This document shows, piece by piece, positions 48,001 to 60,652 of a DNA stretch of 64,000 bases; positions within the stretch are counted from its first letter, which is position 1; every line of letters starts with the position of its first letter. The stretch is from Hydrolagus colliei. Lineage: Eukaryota. A model generated the notes under the pieces. The model did not search any database. It was not told the DNA's origin and was given only the letters and a program-made list of their open reading frames with translations. The stretch covers positions 6,758,001 through 6,822,000 of the forward strand of contig CM068769.1 of the NCBI GenBank assembly GCA_035084275.1, read 5' to 3'. Position numbers and translations under genes: made by a program.

Positions 48001-48924
48001 CCATTGTTTAAGCAAAACGTAGAATTTCGATTATAAAATCACCCACAGTTTTCTATAGTTATTTGCAATCCAGCGATATGCTCGGCACGAATGCTGTTAT
48101 GGTCTTGGACAAATTCATCAAGTCTAATCTTCTGCATTTCTTACTTCCATTTGTTTCTGATATAACACACGTCTCCTGATATTTTTAAAAAAACAAAATT
48201 AATGACGATTGAGTAATCTGCATTGAAGTTTTGTAATCTAATATATGATACAATGAACTGTAGTCTTTCATTATTTTAAGACGTATACATGTCTCCTTTG
48301 CTGCTTTTCATTCTATTAAATTCCCTTTAAATATATATATTTCTATTCAAGCTGCTAATTTGCAGCTTGCTTTATCTTTGTCGATATTTCTGTAATTGCT
48401 GTGTATTATTAACAATGTATCTTCAAAACATTTTTGTTCATCTTCAATTACCTGCTCGTCTATCAAATCAAACTATGTTCTTCTCACGGTGGTCTAAATT
48501 CTAGGCATTTTGATCAATGCATTGCTGTTCAATTTCTTTTCTGGTGTAACGTTTACAAATCCCATGTGGAGATCAAATTCTAAAATTTTTGGATTATAAT
48601 GTGTCATATTTTGTTAAATCTGGAAACGATGTTAGCAAAATAATCTACCAGATCTGGGAGAAGAATTCAGTTGAGAAGCTGTTTTTTCAGTCATATTTGC
48701 TAAGTATCCTTCATTTTCTCTGTACATAATTACTATCATGTACGAATCATTATTGTATTCCCAGGAAACATTCTTAAATTGTTTGTTCATATCAGTGTAA
48801 CTAATTTCAATGATGCCACCAGCTGCTGGTTTAGCAGCAGGCATTTCTCCACTATAAAGAGGGATGATTTTGTTATTGTCACTTCAAAGGTGAAACGTTA
48901 GTGGGTGTCAGCAGCACAAAGAAA

Positions 48925-50498
48925 ATGTTACACGCTTTTATTTTAATATTGGAACAGATAGAACTGATATACTATCCAATTATTGCAGTTATTGGTGTAC
49001 CTGGTAAGTCCTCATAACTTGTTAGTTCACGTAAGTCAACGTTTCAATACATGTTTTATTTTGATATGTATCTTATGTTTCCACTCTCCTCATGTTATTT
49101 GTACCATCTTATTTATTATGTATAGGTTAAATATAAATTTTCATAGTTGGCAACAGAGTGCGCTTAATCAAAACATTGCATTATTTTATATGCCAATCAA
49201 GCAAAAACATACAAATTGTCAATTAATTTATTCCTTCGTATCACGGGAAAAAAAGTATTAGAACATAAAGGGCTTTTCAGGGAGTTTACGCAACAACAGC
49301 TTGCAGTTATAGAGCCCACCTCATGCAGAGCATTCCAGAGCACTATATGTTCGCTTCACTACATCAGTTCTAAACAAGCTCTCCTGAATCCCTGTTGTCA
49401 ATAGCATTAGTTTCAGAATTCTCCCAAACTCCCTCGATCCTTGCATCACCTGGCACCTGGATGTGGTTTTCTGCCACCGACAAATTCTACAGCGCGATAC
49501 CCTGGGTCAGGGAGGCTGTACAACTGCAGGTGTTGAAGTTGACGATTCTGTTGTTGACGTTTACCGTCAGTTTCTCGAATATTTATTGTGTTTTGTTTGC
49601 AGTTAACCTGGTGACGATTGTGATCCTCTGGCGAGGAAAGTGCGGTCTCTCCACGTGCATCACTCGCTACCTGGTGGCCATGGCGGGGGCAGATCTGACG
49701 GTGGTGATATTTGATGTGATACTGAACCGTGTAGGTGAGCAGTATCTCCCAAGGTTTAATGTTCTGCTTCTCACCCCGATCTGCCTTCTCCACGTGGTGC
49801 TGCTGTATGTGACCTCAGCGTGTTCTGTCTGGTTCACAGTGGCTTTCACCTTTGACCGACATGTCGCCATTTGTTATCAGAAATTCAAATCAACATATTG
49901 CACCCAGAGATCGGCGGCTGTGGTTCTGGGAACCATCTCTGTGCTGAGCTGTGCGCTATACAGTCCTCTGTGCCTGGAGTTAGAACCGCTCTTCATTATT
50001 AACAACAAACCTTGGTTTTGTGTCGCTAAAATAAGTTATTATCTTTCAATGAAATGGACAGTATTTAAGGTATGTCTATATGTTGTGACTCCATGTATCC
50101 CTTTTGTCATCGTTTTGCTGCTCAATGCTCTGACAGTCAGACACATTGTGGTCAGCAGTATAGCCCGCAGAAGACTCCGAGCCCACAGCCCTGGTGAGAA
50201 ACACATTGATCCAGAGATGGAGAGTCGGAGAAAATCCATTGTTTTGCTATTTGTCGTATCTGGGAGTTTTGTACTATTGTGGGTGACTCATGTAGCCGCA
50301 AATCTTAATTTTTTAATTAAGTATTTTTTACATACAGGCAAGCTACGTGGCGCACTTAGAAATGTTGGAGATATATTTCGACTTTTCAGTTGTTCCACAA
50401 ACACGTGTATTTACGCTTTGACACAATCTAAATTCAGAGAACAGTTGAAGAATATGGTGAAATACCCGTTTCACAAAATATATAAGTTAGTTTGGTGA
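48925..50498 (+). CDS. GPR139/GPR142-like GPCR, copy 2 (intact); exons 48925-49003 and 49603-50498
   Basis: MLHAFILILEQIELIYYPIIAVIGVP+G|GTAAGT; exon 2 is open with the same 7TM motifs. Confidence 0.93.
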
Positions 50499-52534
50499 AA
50501 GAAAAATCAAGGTCTTCTAATTATCACTTACTTGGTTTATACTTCCTTGGTCCCGGAGTACCCAAAACTGAACACAATAATCCAGATGCAGTCTGACAAA
50601 GTCGCCGCTTAGTAGAGGGAACATTTGCTCTAATTTATTTGTCAGACTTCTTGCCACAAAAGATAAAATCTAATTTGTTTTATTGATAGCGGTTTGCTGC
50701 TATGATCTCTCTTCTGTTATTAGTTTACCTGAACAGCAACATCTTTTTTTGTCCTCCATCATACTTATTTTATCCACGGTCAGAAAGTATTTTATTCTTA
50801 TTTTTCCGGGACCATAGTGGATGACCTCACGCATGGTTTTCGGTCGAACACGGTTTCCTTCTTTCACTTAATCTGTCTACGTCCGGATCAGTCATCCGGT
50901 TCCCATTGTCACAATACACAGTGCCTCTAAATTGTGTGCCATGTGACGGTTTGGATGTGAAACTCTCTGCTGCTTCATATATGTCGTTTAATTGTTGGTA
51001 AAAAGCTGAGGCAACAGAACGGACCCACTGGCCACCATTACAAGGTTACTTACGATGCAAAGTAATTTAATTTTCGCCGACAACCTATTTTTCTTAGAGC
51101 TTTATTTTTCATATGTAGTCACTCGAGATCGCTACAGCAACATAAATGACGCAGAATTTGTTTGGTATACCTGACAATCTTTGATTTGTTAATATCTGAT
51201 CTGTACTGATAATTGTTCTTTATTATTGCTAAAATATTAAATATTATTCATGAGCAACAATTTGTAGTTATCTATCAATTGATGCATTTGCCCTTCACAC
51301 GCTGAGACATTCTGAGCGCGTCATTGGTGCTGTATGATCCCATGCCAGCAAACTTTGACTACCAGCACGATCGAACTCTCCAAACTGTTCGCTCACCTAT
51401 CCACCCACCGGGCGCCTCTGCTCGACTTGCATCGGCCTCCTTCTCATCCCTCGCAGCTATCGACCCAATATCAGAGCTCATGCTTTCAATGACGCCAAAC
51501 TCTGGAACACTCTCCATCAATTCCTAAGCCTCGCAGCTTCACTCCCATCTGTCATGCCTCAATAAAAATGTTGCCATTCGACCATTCTTACCCTCTTACC
51601 CCTGCACGGAGTCAGACACCGCCACTGTTAAGTGCTCTGAGACGCTAGTCTGTGTGGAGGGCAGTGCCAGCTCTTTCTGTTCCTGATACTCTTTCGTGCA
51701 CTAAACCCAACTTGTTGTGTTACAGAAGCAAACAACCGAACGTTAAAACATTAGTGTGACAGACTCCAGATCACAGGCTAGTGATGTGGTTGTGGGCACG
51801 GCCTTGAATAGTAGTTACATGAAGAATTATTGAGTCGACAATCACATCTGTTGATATAAAGTTTAATCAAATAAGAGCAACGTCACAGCACAGCTGAGTA
51901 TTTTGAGTTTTAAAGCAAAATGCTAAATTATTCCGAAATCAAACACCTTTTCGTCTTGCTCTCTTGTTACCAACTGTAAAGAGAGTTCATCTTCAATCGC
52001 TTCTCTATACCGTGGATAATCAACTCCATATTTTATTTTAAGACAATAAAGACTCTTAGTGATAACCACCAGCACACAGACTGTATTAATATAACTGACT
52101 GTGGAATCAGTTCACCTTTTAAAGTGTGTCAGTAACTGGGACCACCCCAATGCTGTCCGCCCAGGTCACAGAGTTCCTTCATCAGCGTCTGATGGACACC
52201 ACTCGTCGGCGTGACCTGACAGCTACGTTATGATATGCTGACAATTTAATGTTCACCAATTCCGTGCCTAATGTTGGATGCTAGAAATACTCAGAAACAG
52301 CCGCTTAATCTGGCGTTTCTTGAGAAGGTTTCTAAAATCATCCGAAAAGTACTTCGCAGACTACATTGTGAAGTTAACGTGGTTGAAAAGGGACAATCAG
52401 TTGGTCAAAGCAGTGGTCCCGGAAATTGTCATGAATTTAGATACCAATCAGTTTCTTACATGAACGTAAGAACCAACAATGGTCACCACCACCACCACCA
52501 CAACAACAACAACAACAACTTTGACTTATATAGC

Positions 52535-52965
52535 GCCCTCAACGCCGGGTTATTCTCTCTGGAGCAGAGAAGATTGAGGGGAGACCTAATAGAGGTTTAT
52601 AAGATAATGAGGGGTTTCGACAGGGCAAATAGAGAAAAACTATTTCCACTCGTGGGTGAATCTGTGACTCGTGGTCACAGATTTAAAATAGTTTCAAGGC
52701 GAAGTAGAGGGGAGCTGAGGAGAATTTTGTTCACTCAGCGAGTTGTTCGAATCTGGAATGCATTGCCTGAAAAGGTGATGGAGGCTGATTCGATAACAAC
52801 TTTTAAAAGGGAATTAGATCTTTATTTAGGGAGAACAGGTCTGTTAGGCTATGGGGAGCGGGCAGGGCAGTGGGATTGAATCGCTCGTTTCAAAGAGCCA
52901 GCACAGACTAGATGGGCCGAATGGCCTCCTTTTGTGCCTTAAAATTCTATGAATCTATGAATCTA
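52535..52965 (+). mobile_element. CR1 LINE 3' end (unit 2 copy)
   Basis: Near-identical to 40500-40925 at +12035. Confidence 0.92.
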
Positions 52966-53953
52966 AACTCAGTCGTCTAAGCTAGCTACCCACCTGTAAT
53001 CTCGCTAGAAGTTCCCCTTTGCCACCATTTACCCTCTCAGGGCTCAACCACACAACTCGACTTTCCAATGGCCAGATTGTGATTCTCCTCAGTGGAAGAG
53101 CAGAGGAGGGAGGTCTGCCTCCTTGTCAAGACATTTCGAGGCGAGGCGAAGGGAGTGAAGAAGAGAGAGAGAGGGGCAGAGGGAGCGGTGAATGTAGAGG
53201 GAATGAGGGGGAGAGGCTAAGAGAGTGAGGGAGGGGGGACAGAGGGAGTGAGAGGAGACAAAGTTAGGGTGGCGAAGGAAGTGAAAGAGTGAGGGAGAGA
53301 GGGAGCGGGATGCAGCGGGAACGAGGCAAAGCGAGTGAGGGCGAGAGAGAGCGAGTGGACTGAGGAAGGGACGGAGGGGAGGGAGAGAGGGGGAGAGTTG
53401 AAGGCATTGCGGAAGGGAGCTCGAGAGCCTCGGGCATAGGGGCTTAAGTCGGGTCCGCCAAGGGTGGAGCGGAGGATTCGGGGCGTCGAGGAGACCAGAC
53501 CAGGTGGAGCGAAGGCAACGGGTGCTGGTTTGAGGAGATAGGAGAGGCTGGGAGGTGCAGAAGAGTGGAGAGATTTAAAATCAAGGGTATGCATCTCGAA
53601 ATCGAACTCTTTCTCTTGAAACGCGGAGGAGAATGGGTGAGTGAGGGGGGTGGGTGGGGTGGGTGGTGGGAGTGGCGGGGTTCGAGGAGCGAGCTGCTAG
53701 AGTTGGTGAAGAACTGGTTAAAATTAGTATAGACTGTTAAAAACAGAGAGTGGCTAGAATGATGCTATGTGATGTTTTTGTATAACTGCTGTACAACATA
53801 AGGGAAGTTACTACACATAGTTTCAGTCGTCAAGGTCACCATTAGAAACCGGTTACAACAGACTGCGATAAGAAGAGCTCATTAGCGAAGAAAGGCAGAG
53901 TTGGGTGTAAAAAGAGAATGTGAATAAGCACGAGAGTGGCATGAGATGCTCAC

Positions 53954-54132
53954 GTGAACACCATGTGTCCAAGAAAGGATAAAAGTGTTGAGACACAGGA
54001 ATAGAGCAGAGACGGAGGAGCAGAAGAAGAAGGACATGATGGAAGATACTGTAATGTGACAGTACCCAAGCCGCTCTCGGGAAGGAACAACCGCTGATGG
54101 AAGAAACTTTACCACGACAGCAAGGAAGCCGA
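53954..54132 (-). other. Duplicate of the candidate hydrophobic exon (mini-exon candidate 54308-54366)
   Basis: Same sequence as 41919-42097 at +12035. Confidence 0.4.
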
Positions 54133-54793
54133 CTGGAAGGAAAAGACAAGAAAAGGACTATCCCTCTTAACCTCGAGTAATGTGTGCCGGGTATTGTGTA
54201 TGAGGATTACGTGTGCCCTGTAATGTAATATTGCTTGCTTTAGTGTCAGCTCTATGAGTATACCTGAGTAAAAGAAACCTGGTGTAAAAGACATAAATCA
54301 GTAGTACCTGGTCAATCGGAGGCTGGCTGTAACCTCATTGTTGACCGGAGAAATGATATTTTCCACCTGAGAAATTAATCTCTAACAGAGCGAGGGAGTG
54401 ACGCAGGGGAAAGAGATAGAGAGGTCTTTAGAATTAGAGTTAGAGAATAAAAGTAGAGGGTTGTGGGTGGCAGTATGAGAGAATGAGATTGAGTGTGTTT
54501 TTGACTGTCTGTCTGAGAGTGTGTGTGACTGTGTGTTTACAATTTAATAAAGAGACATCAGTCATGCCAAAGCAAGCTTTATTACTAGATAATAATTTCA
54601 CCAACTGCAGCCCCAAAACCCCCAGTCTTCAGCCCCCCAGCCCCCAGCCCAAGCCACATTCTTTCATTTCATTGAAGTGTCCCCCGCTTATATTCAAGCT
54701 GCTCTTACTAACCCGGAATCCCACTGCGACACTGATCAGACTGTGGGATGTCTGAGCAGCCGAACACGGGTGTGATGTGCAGCCTACTTGCCT

Positions 54794-55631
54794 CTAACCT
54801 CGCCCTCGCCTCCTAGTTGGTTTCTTGCGAACCGGTCGACTCCCTGGACTCTTTGGCACCCCGCCAACCCCTCGTCCTCTACCACCCCTTGGCTCCCCGT
54901 CACTCTTTGGCGTCCCACGAGCTCCTAGCCCCCAATGACCTACATACAACCCACCAACCCCTCCCCCCATCGTAAGTCCTCGCTCCACACGATCCCCTTC
55001 CACCGCAGAGTCTCTCTCCTCCAAACAGACGTCTGGTTCTTTGCAGGGCTCGCACTGGCCGAGTCGATTCCTATTATTCTCCTCAATCTTGCAGCGGTGA
55101 CTCGAGTAGCGGGGGGTACGATATTCATTGATCAGGTGATGGAAACCTGCCTTTGTCCACCCGACGTCGCACAGTTTGTCTTTCGGACAATACACCTCGC
55201 TGTACACAAAATACTTGTGAACTTCCGGCAAATCGCTGAACCTTGAAATTATGTAGTTGCACCTGCCACTGAAACACTGCTCCAGACACGGGGTGTTGGT
55301 GGTGTAGAACACAAGACAAACTCCGCTTCTCAGAGAAGGTCTCATAACCTTCCCCAGTTTCTCAGCCCACGAGTCAGGTTTGTTGTTTTCGCCGAATAGG
55401 ACCTTATGCTCGCTGCATCTCCAGGACGATGAGGGGTAGACGGCGATGTAATTGTACTTTGAGTTGTGATCAGCCGTCTGTAAATCGGCCTGGCTAAGGA
55501 TTTGCGCTCTGTCTTGGTTGTTCCACTTGTATTCCACCGCGGTTTTACCCTGGCAATGGTCAGCAGTCAGCATGATGAGAAAACCCATCTGTACATCTAC
55601 AGGTTTCTTTATATCGATACGACTGTGGAAC
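54794..55631 (-). CDS. SNAD-like deaminase, copy 3 (main exon intact, protein identical to copy 2)
   Basis: Identical 282-aa ORF in the ORF track, with the same acceptor and zinc motifs. Confidence 0.78.
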
Positions 55632-55884
55632 CTGGGAGACAAACAACAACAATAGTATTACAATTTACAGAGCAACCTTTCACATCGGGAAGACGTCCCT
55701 AGGCGCTGAACAATTAGTTCCGGTCCCGAGCAGTTGGGGTGGGGAGGCGGGGTAGAGGGAAGGATAGTAGGAGAGGTGGAAAAGTTATGAGGGGAGCAGC
55801 AGGCACGGTCAAAGAGGAAGGTATTGAGACCGGCCTTCAGTGAAGCAAGGGAGGAAGTGAGGCGAAGGGATGAAGGCGAAGTGA

Positions 55885-57115
55885 TGTCACAGAATGTGTG
55901 GACGAGGGCAGCGCAGTTGACGTGGTTTACATGGCCTTTCAAAAGGCATTTGACAAAGTGCCGCATAAGAGGCTTTTTAGGAAAATAGAGGCCCAGGCGT
56001 TAAATGGACAGTGGCAGCGTGGATCCACAACTGGCTGCGAGACAGAAAGCAAAGAGCTGTGGTGAGCGGTTGCATTTCAGACTGGAGGAAAGTGAGCAGT
56101 GGCGCCCCCCAGTGATCAGTTATGGGACCACTGCTCTTTTTAATATATATTAATGATTTGGATTTGGGTTTAGGGAGTACGGTTTCCAAACTTGCAGACG
56201 ATACTAAGTTAGGGAGAATAGTAAAGGAGGAGGCTAGTAGCCAACTTCAAGAGGATATAGATAAAATGATAAAGTGGGCAGACACATGGCAGACGAAGTT
56301 TAATATACAGAAGTGTGAGGTGATACACTTTGGGAGAAGAAATGAGGGGAGGCAATATAGGCTAGATGGTACAATTTTCAATGTTGTGGAGGAAGACAGA
56401 GACCTAGCGATTTGTGTTAGTGGCTCTTTGAAAGTGGCATGATAGGTAGACAAACCCGTTAAAAAAGCAAATGGGATACTAGGCTTTATAAATAGTGGTA
56501 TCGAAAACAAAAGTCAGAAAGTGCCGATAAACTCTATAAGACTTTGATTAGGCCTCAGCTGGAGTACAGTATACAGTTATGGTCACCACAATTTAGGAAG
56601 GATATTAAGGCATTTGATATAGTGCAGAGGATATTTACAAGGATGGTACCAGGAATGAGGGACTTCAGCTACGAGGAAATTCTAGACAGTCAAGGATTAT
56701 TCTCTCTGGAACAATCAAGATTGAGAGAAAACCTAGTAGAGGTTTATAAGGTTAGGAGAGGTTTCGACAGGGCGAATAGAGAAAGACTGTTTCCAATGGT
56801 GCAAGAATCAATGACTGGTGGTCACAGTTTTAAATAGTTTCAAAACGAAGCTGAGGGGAGCTGAGGAGAATTTTTTTCACTCAGCGGGTTGTTCGAATCT
56901 GGAATCCATTGCCTGAAAAGGTAGTGGAGGCAGATTGCATAACAGCTTTTTAAAGGGAACTAGATATTTATTTAGGAAGAGCAGGTCTGATAGGTTACGC
57001 TGCGAATGCTGGGCAGTGGGATAGAGTTGCTCTGTTCAAAGAGCCGGCAAAGACTAGATGTGCCGAATGGCCTCCTTTTGTGCCACATAATTAAAAATTC
57101 TATGATTCTATGATT
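55885..57115 (+). mobile_element. CR1 LINE RT/3' fragment (unit 3)
   Basis: Near-identical to 43850-45070. Confidence 0.93.
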
Positions 57116-58986
57116 TATATGGATACCTAGGCCTCGATTTTAATTCACCCACTGTAGGGTTCTACCATCTCTAGCTGAAATTGCCTCTCCGCGTTCTTCT
57201 TTTCAAAACGCATCACTTCCATTTATACAAATTATAAATCATCTGTTACGTTTCTTGTCACAGTCGGTCTGTGTCCCAATATAGTCGGCAACTTTACCTT
57301 TCACGGTTCGCTATTATTGCCAGCTTTATATCATGTGAAACCCACAAATTGTACTCCCTGTACACATATCCAGGTCAATGATACAGACCAAAAGCAGCAA
57401 TGGTCCCACTAAAGGCACCTATGGGTCACCACTGCACAAATCAATCCGAACAAAAGTTCTCCATCTCTGCTTGCGTCCTGTCTCCCAGCTAATTGTGTAT
57501 CCATGCTGCCACTGTCCCTTTACTATACCGAGGTTGTGTTTGGCTTAAAATTCCCCTATGTGGAATTTTATCAAACATCATTTCAAAATCCATATTCTTT
57601 TACCGTAATATGTCTACCTTCATCCGCCCTCTCCGAATTCATCAGAAATATCCATCAGTTTTGTAAAGCATGCGGCTCCTTCAAGAAACCATTTTGACCA
57701 CAAATGAATCCCCGCAAAATATATTTTTACGGATTATATTTCCAAAATGTTTCACTACTTATGTTATGTTAACATCACCTTCCTATATATCCTTGTAGTA
57801 TCCTTCTGCTTCTTTCTGTACCACCTCTGAAAAAGACCCTAAAGTCATGAAAACCAAATATCTGCCACTCTATTTTATCTGTCTCCAAGTCATTTCGCTG
57901 TCCATGCTACCACTAAAAGAAAACGATTAGAGAGAACTTTCCACTACGGGAGGATCTACCAATGCGCTAGAAAGTCAGGGGTCGGGACACGAGCATGGGG
58001 AAGGTGCAGGGTTTGGGGGAGATAAGGGACAGAGTTGAGAGTGCGGCACAAGGCACGGAAAGTAATGTCTTGTGACCGGCATTACAGGAAGCAAGGGGGG
58101 TAAGCGAGAGGAAGGGTCTGTGGGATGGAGTTCCACAGTGTGAGGCCAGAGAGGATAAAAATACGGCCACCGTAAGGCGGGATACATAAAGCAAACCAGC
58201 CCTTTTTAACAGTGTGCTGTCTACAAATCTCTTAAGCGGAACTTTATTAAATGCATTTTGGAAAACCATATCAGTTACATAACTTCAGCACATTTACCCA
58301 CCCTCTGTATAACTTCATCATACAATCTGTTGCAAGTTTGTCCGAAACGAGTTTGCTTGAATAAATCTCAGTTTGCTGTCCTTGATAAACTACTTGTTTT
58401 CTGAGTGAAGCAAAATTTTCTTCTCAGATTGTAGATTGAAAAAAAACAAATTCCAACCTATGACATTAGGCTGATCGATTTGAGTTCACGGGTTTATCCC
58501 TCGGCCCTTATCTATACAGGTGAGAAGCATTTGCAATGCTCCAATTCTCTGGCACCGTCCCGGTGTCAAAGACGATTGGCACATTGTGGTCAACGGTTTA
58601 GTTATTTCCACCCTTACGTCACCGCATTAACCTGTTTTGTATCCACTCTGGACTGGGTTAGCTCTGCCTTTCATCCACATTGTTATTAGATAAAGGTGGA
58701 CAATGGGCGTAGTGCATTTATTGCAGCATATATCGATTATACAATGCTTCTCGGTGAAGTGCTGCATAATAGCCGTGTTAGGAAAATTGAATCCCATGTT
58801 ATCAAAACAACAGTGGCAGTAATGGATACAAAGCTATCTGGGAAACAGCAAGTGGAGAGCCGGGGTTAACTGTTGTAATTCTGAATGAAGGGATGTGTCC
58901 AGTGGTGCCAAACGTGCAGGTGTTTCGACATCCGCAATTCATAATATATACGAACGAGGCGAGACATGATGGAAGCCAGACAGGGT

Positions 58987-59020
<34 letters not shown>

Positions 59021-59759
59021 TTGTAGATATAGGGATGACCTAAATATAGAGAGAAGAATTTTCTAGTTTCAGATGATCCATTGATAGGAAATATAGAAAA
59101 CTTTGACCAGACTGCAATAGGGATTAGGCAGATTGGTCAAGTGGGCAGAGGATTATTGTAGATTAAATACGTTGTTGAGAGATGTGTATATTGTCGGTTG
59201 AAAAATGATGAGAGTCAGTACGAGAACGATGACACAATCGTTGGTGCAGATTCAGCAAATATTTGTAAACGGCTGCACAGGATGCTAAAAATAAATCAGA
59301 CAGCATGCTCTAACTTAGAATTCGTGGCATATATTATTGAAGTGATAATGTTGTTATTATGATAGAAGTAATAGTATTACTTCTATCATAATAACAACAT
59401 TATATATAAAAGTATTAGAACATAAAGGGCTTTTCAGGGAGTTTACGCAACAACAGCTTGCAGTTATAGAGCCCACCTCATGCAGAGCATTCCAGAGCAC
59501 TATATGTTCGCTTCACTACATCAGTTCTAACCAAGCTCTCCTGACCCCCTGTTGCCAATAGCATTAGTTTCAGAATTCTCCCAAACTCCCTCGATCCTTG
59601 CATCACCTGGCACCTGGATGTGGTTTACTGCCACCGACAAATTCTACAGCGCGATACCCTGGGTCAGGGAGGCTGTACAACTGCAGGTGTTGAAGTTGAC
59701 GATTCTGTTGTTGACGTTTACCGTCAGTTTCTCGAATATCTCTTGTGTTTTGTTTGCAG

Positions 59760-60652
59760 TTAACCTGGTGACGATTGTGATCCTCTGGCGAGGAAAGTGC
59801 GGTCTCTCCACGTGCATCACTCGCTACCTGGTGGCCATGGCGGGGGCAGATCTGACGGTGGTGATATTTGATGTTATACTGAAGCGCGTAGGTGATCTGT
59901 ATCTCCCAATATTTAATGTTCTGCGTCTCAACCCGATCTGCCTTCTGCACGAGGTGCTGCTGTAGGTGACCTCAACGTGTTCTGTCTGGTTCACAGTGGC
60001 TTTCACCTTTGACCGACACGTGGCCATTTGTCATCAGGAATTGAAGTCAACATATTGCACCCGGAGAACGGCAGCTGTTGTTCTGGGAGCCATCTCTGTG
60101 CTGAGCTGTGCGCTATACAGTCCTCTGTGCCTGGAGTTTGAACCGCTCTTCATCTTTAACAACAAACCGTGGTTTTGTGTCATTAAATTAACTTATTATG
60201 AATCATCGGTATGGACAGGATTTAAGCTGTTTCTATATGTATTAACCCCAAGCCTCCCATTTGTCATCGTTTTGCTGCTCAATGCCGTGACGGTCAGATA
60301 TATTTTGGTCAGCAGTAGAGCCCGCAGAAGACTCCGAGCCCACAGCCCTGGGGAGAATCACATTGATCCAGAGATGGAGAGTCGGAGAAAATCCATTGTT
60401 TTACTATTTGTCGTATCTGGAAGTTTTGTACTATTGTGGGTGACTTATGTAGCCGCATATTTTAATTATGCAATTACGTATTTGTTAGATATAGGCAAGC
60501 TACGTGGCGAACTTAGAAATGTGGGAGATATATTTCGACTTTTCAGTTGTTCCACAAACACGTGCATTTACGCTTTCACACAATCCAAATTCAGAGAACA
60601 GTTGAAGAATATGTTGAAATACCCGTTTCGTAAAATTGTTAAGTTAGTTTAG
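59760..60652 (+). pseudogene. GPR139/GPR142-like GPCR, copy 3 (pseudogene)
   Basis: TAT>TAG stop at 59963-59965. The promoter and exon 1 are removed by a ~1.9-kb deletion near 59.39 kb. Confidence 0.9.
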
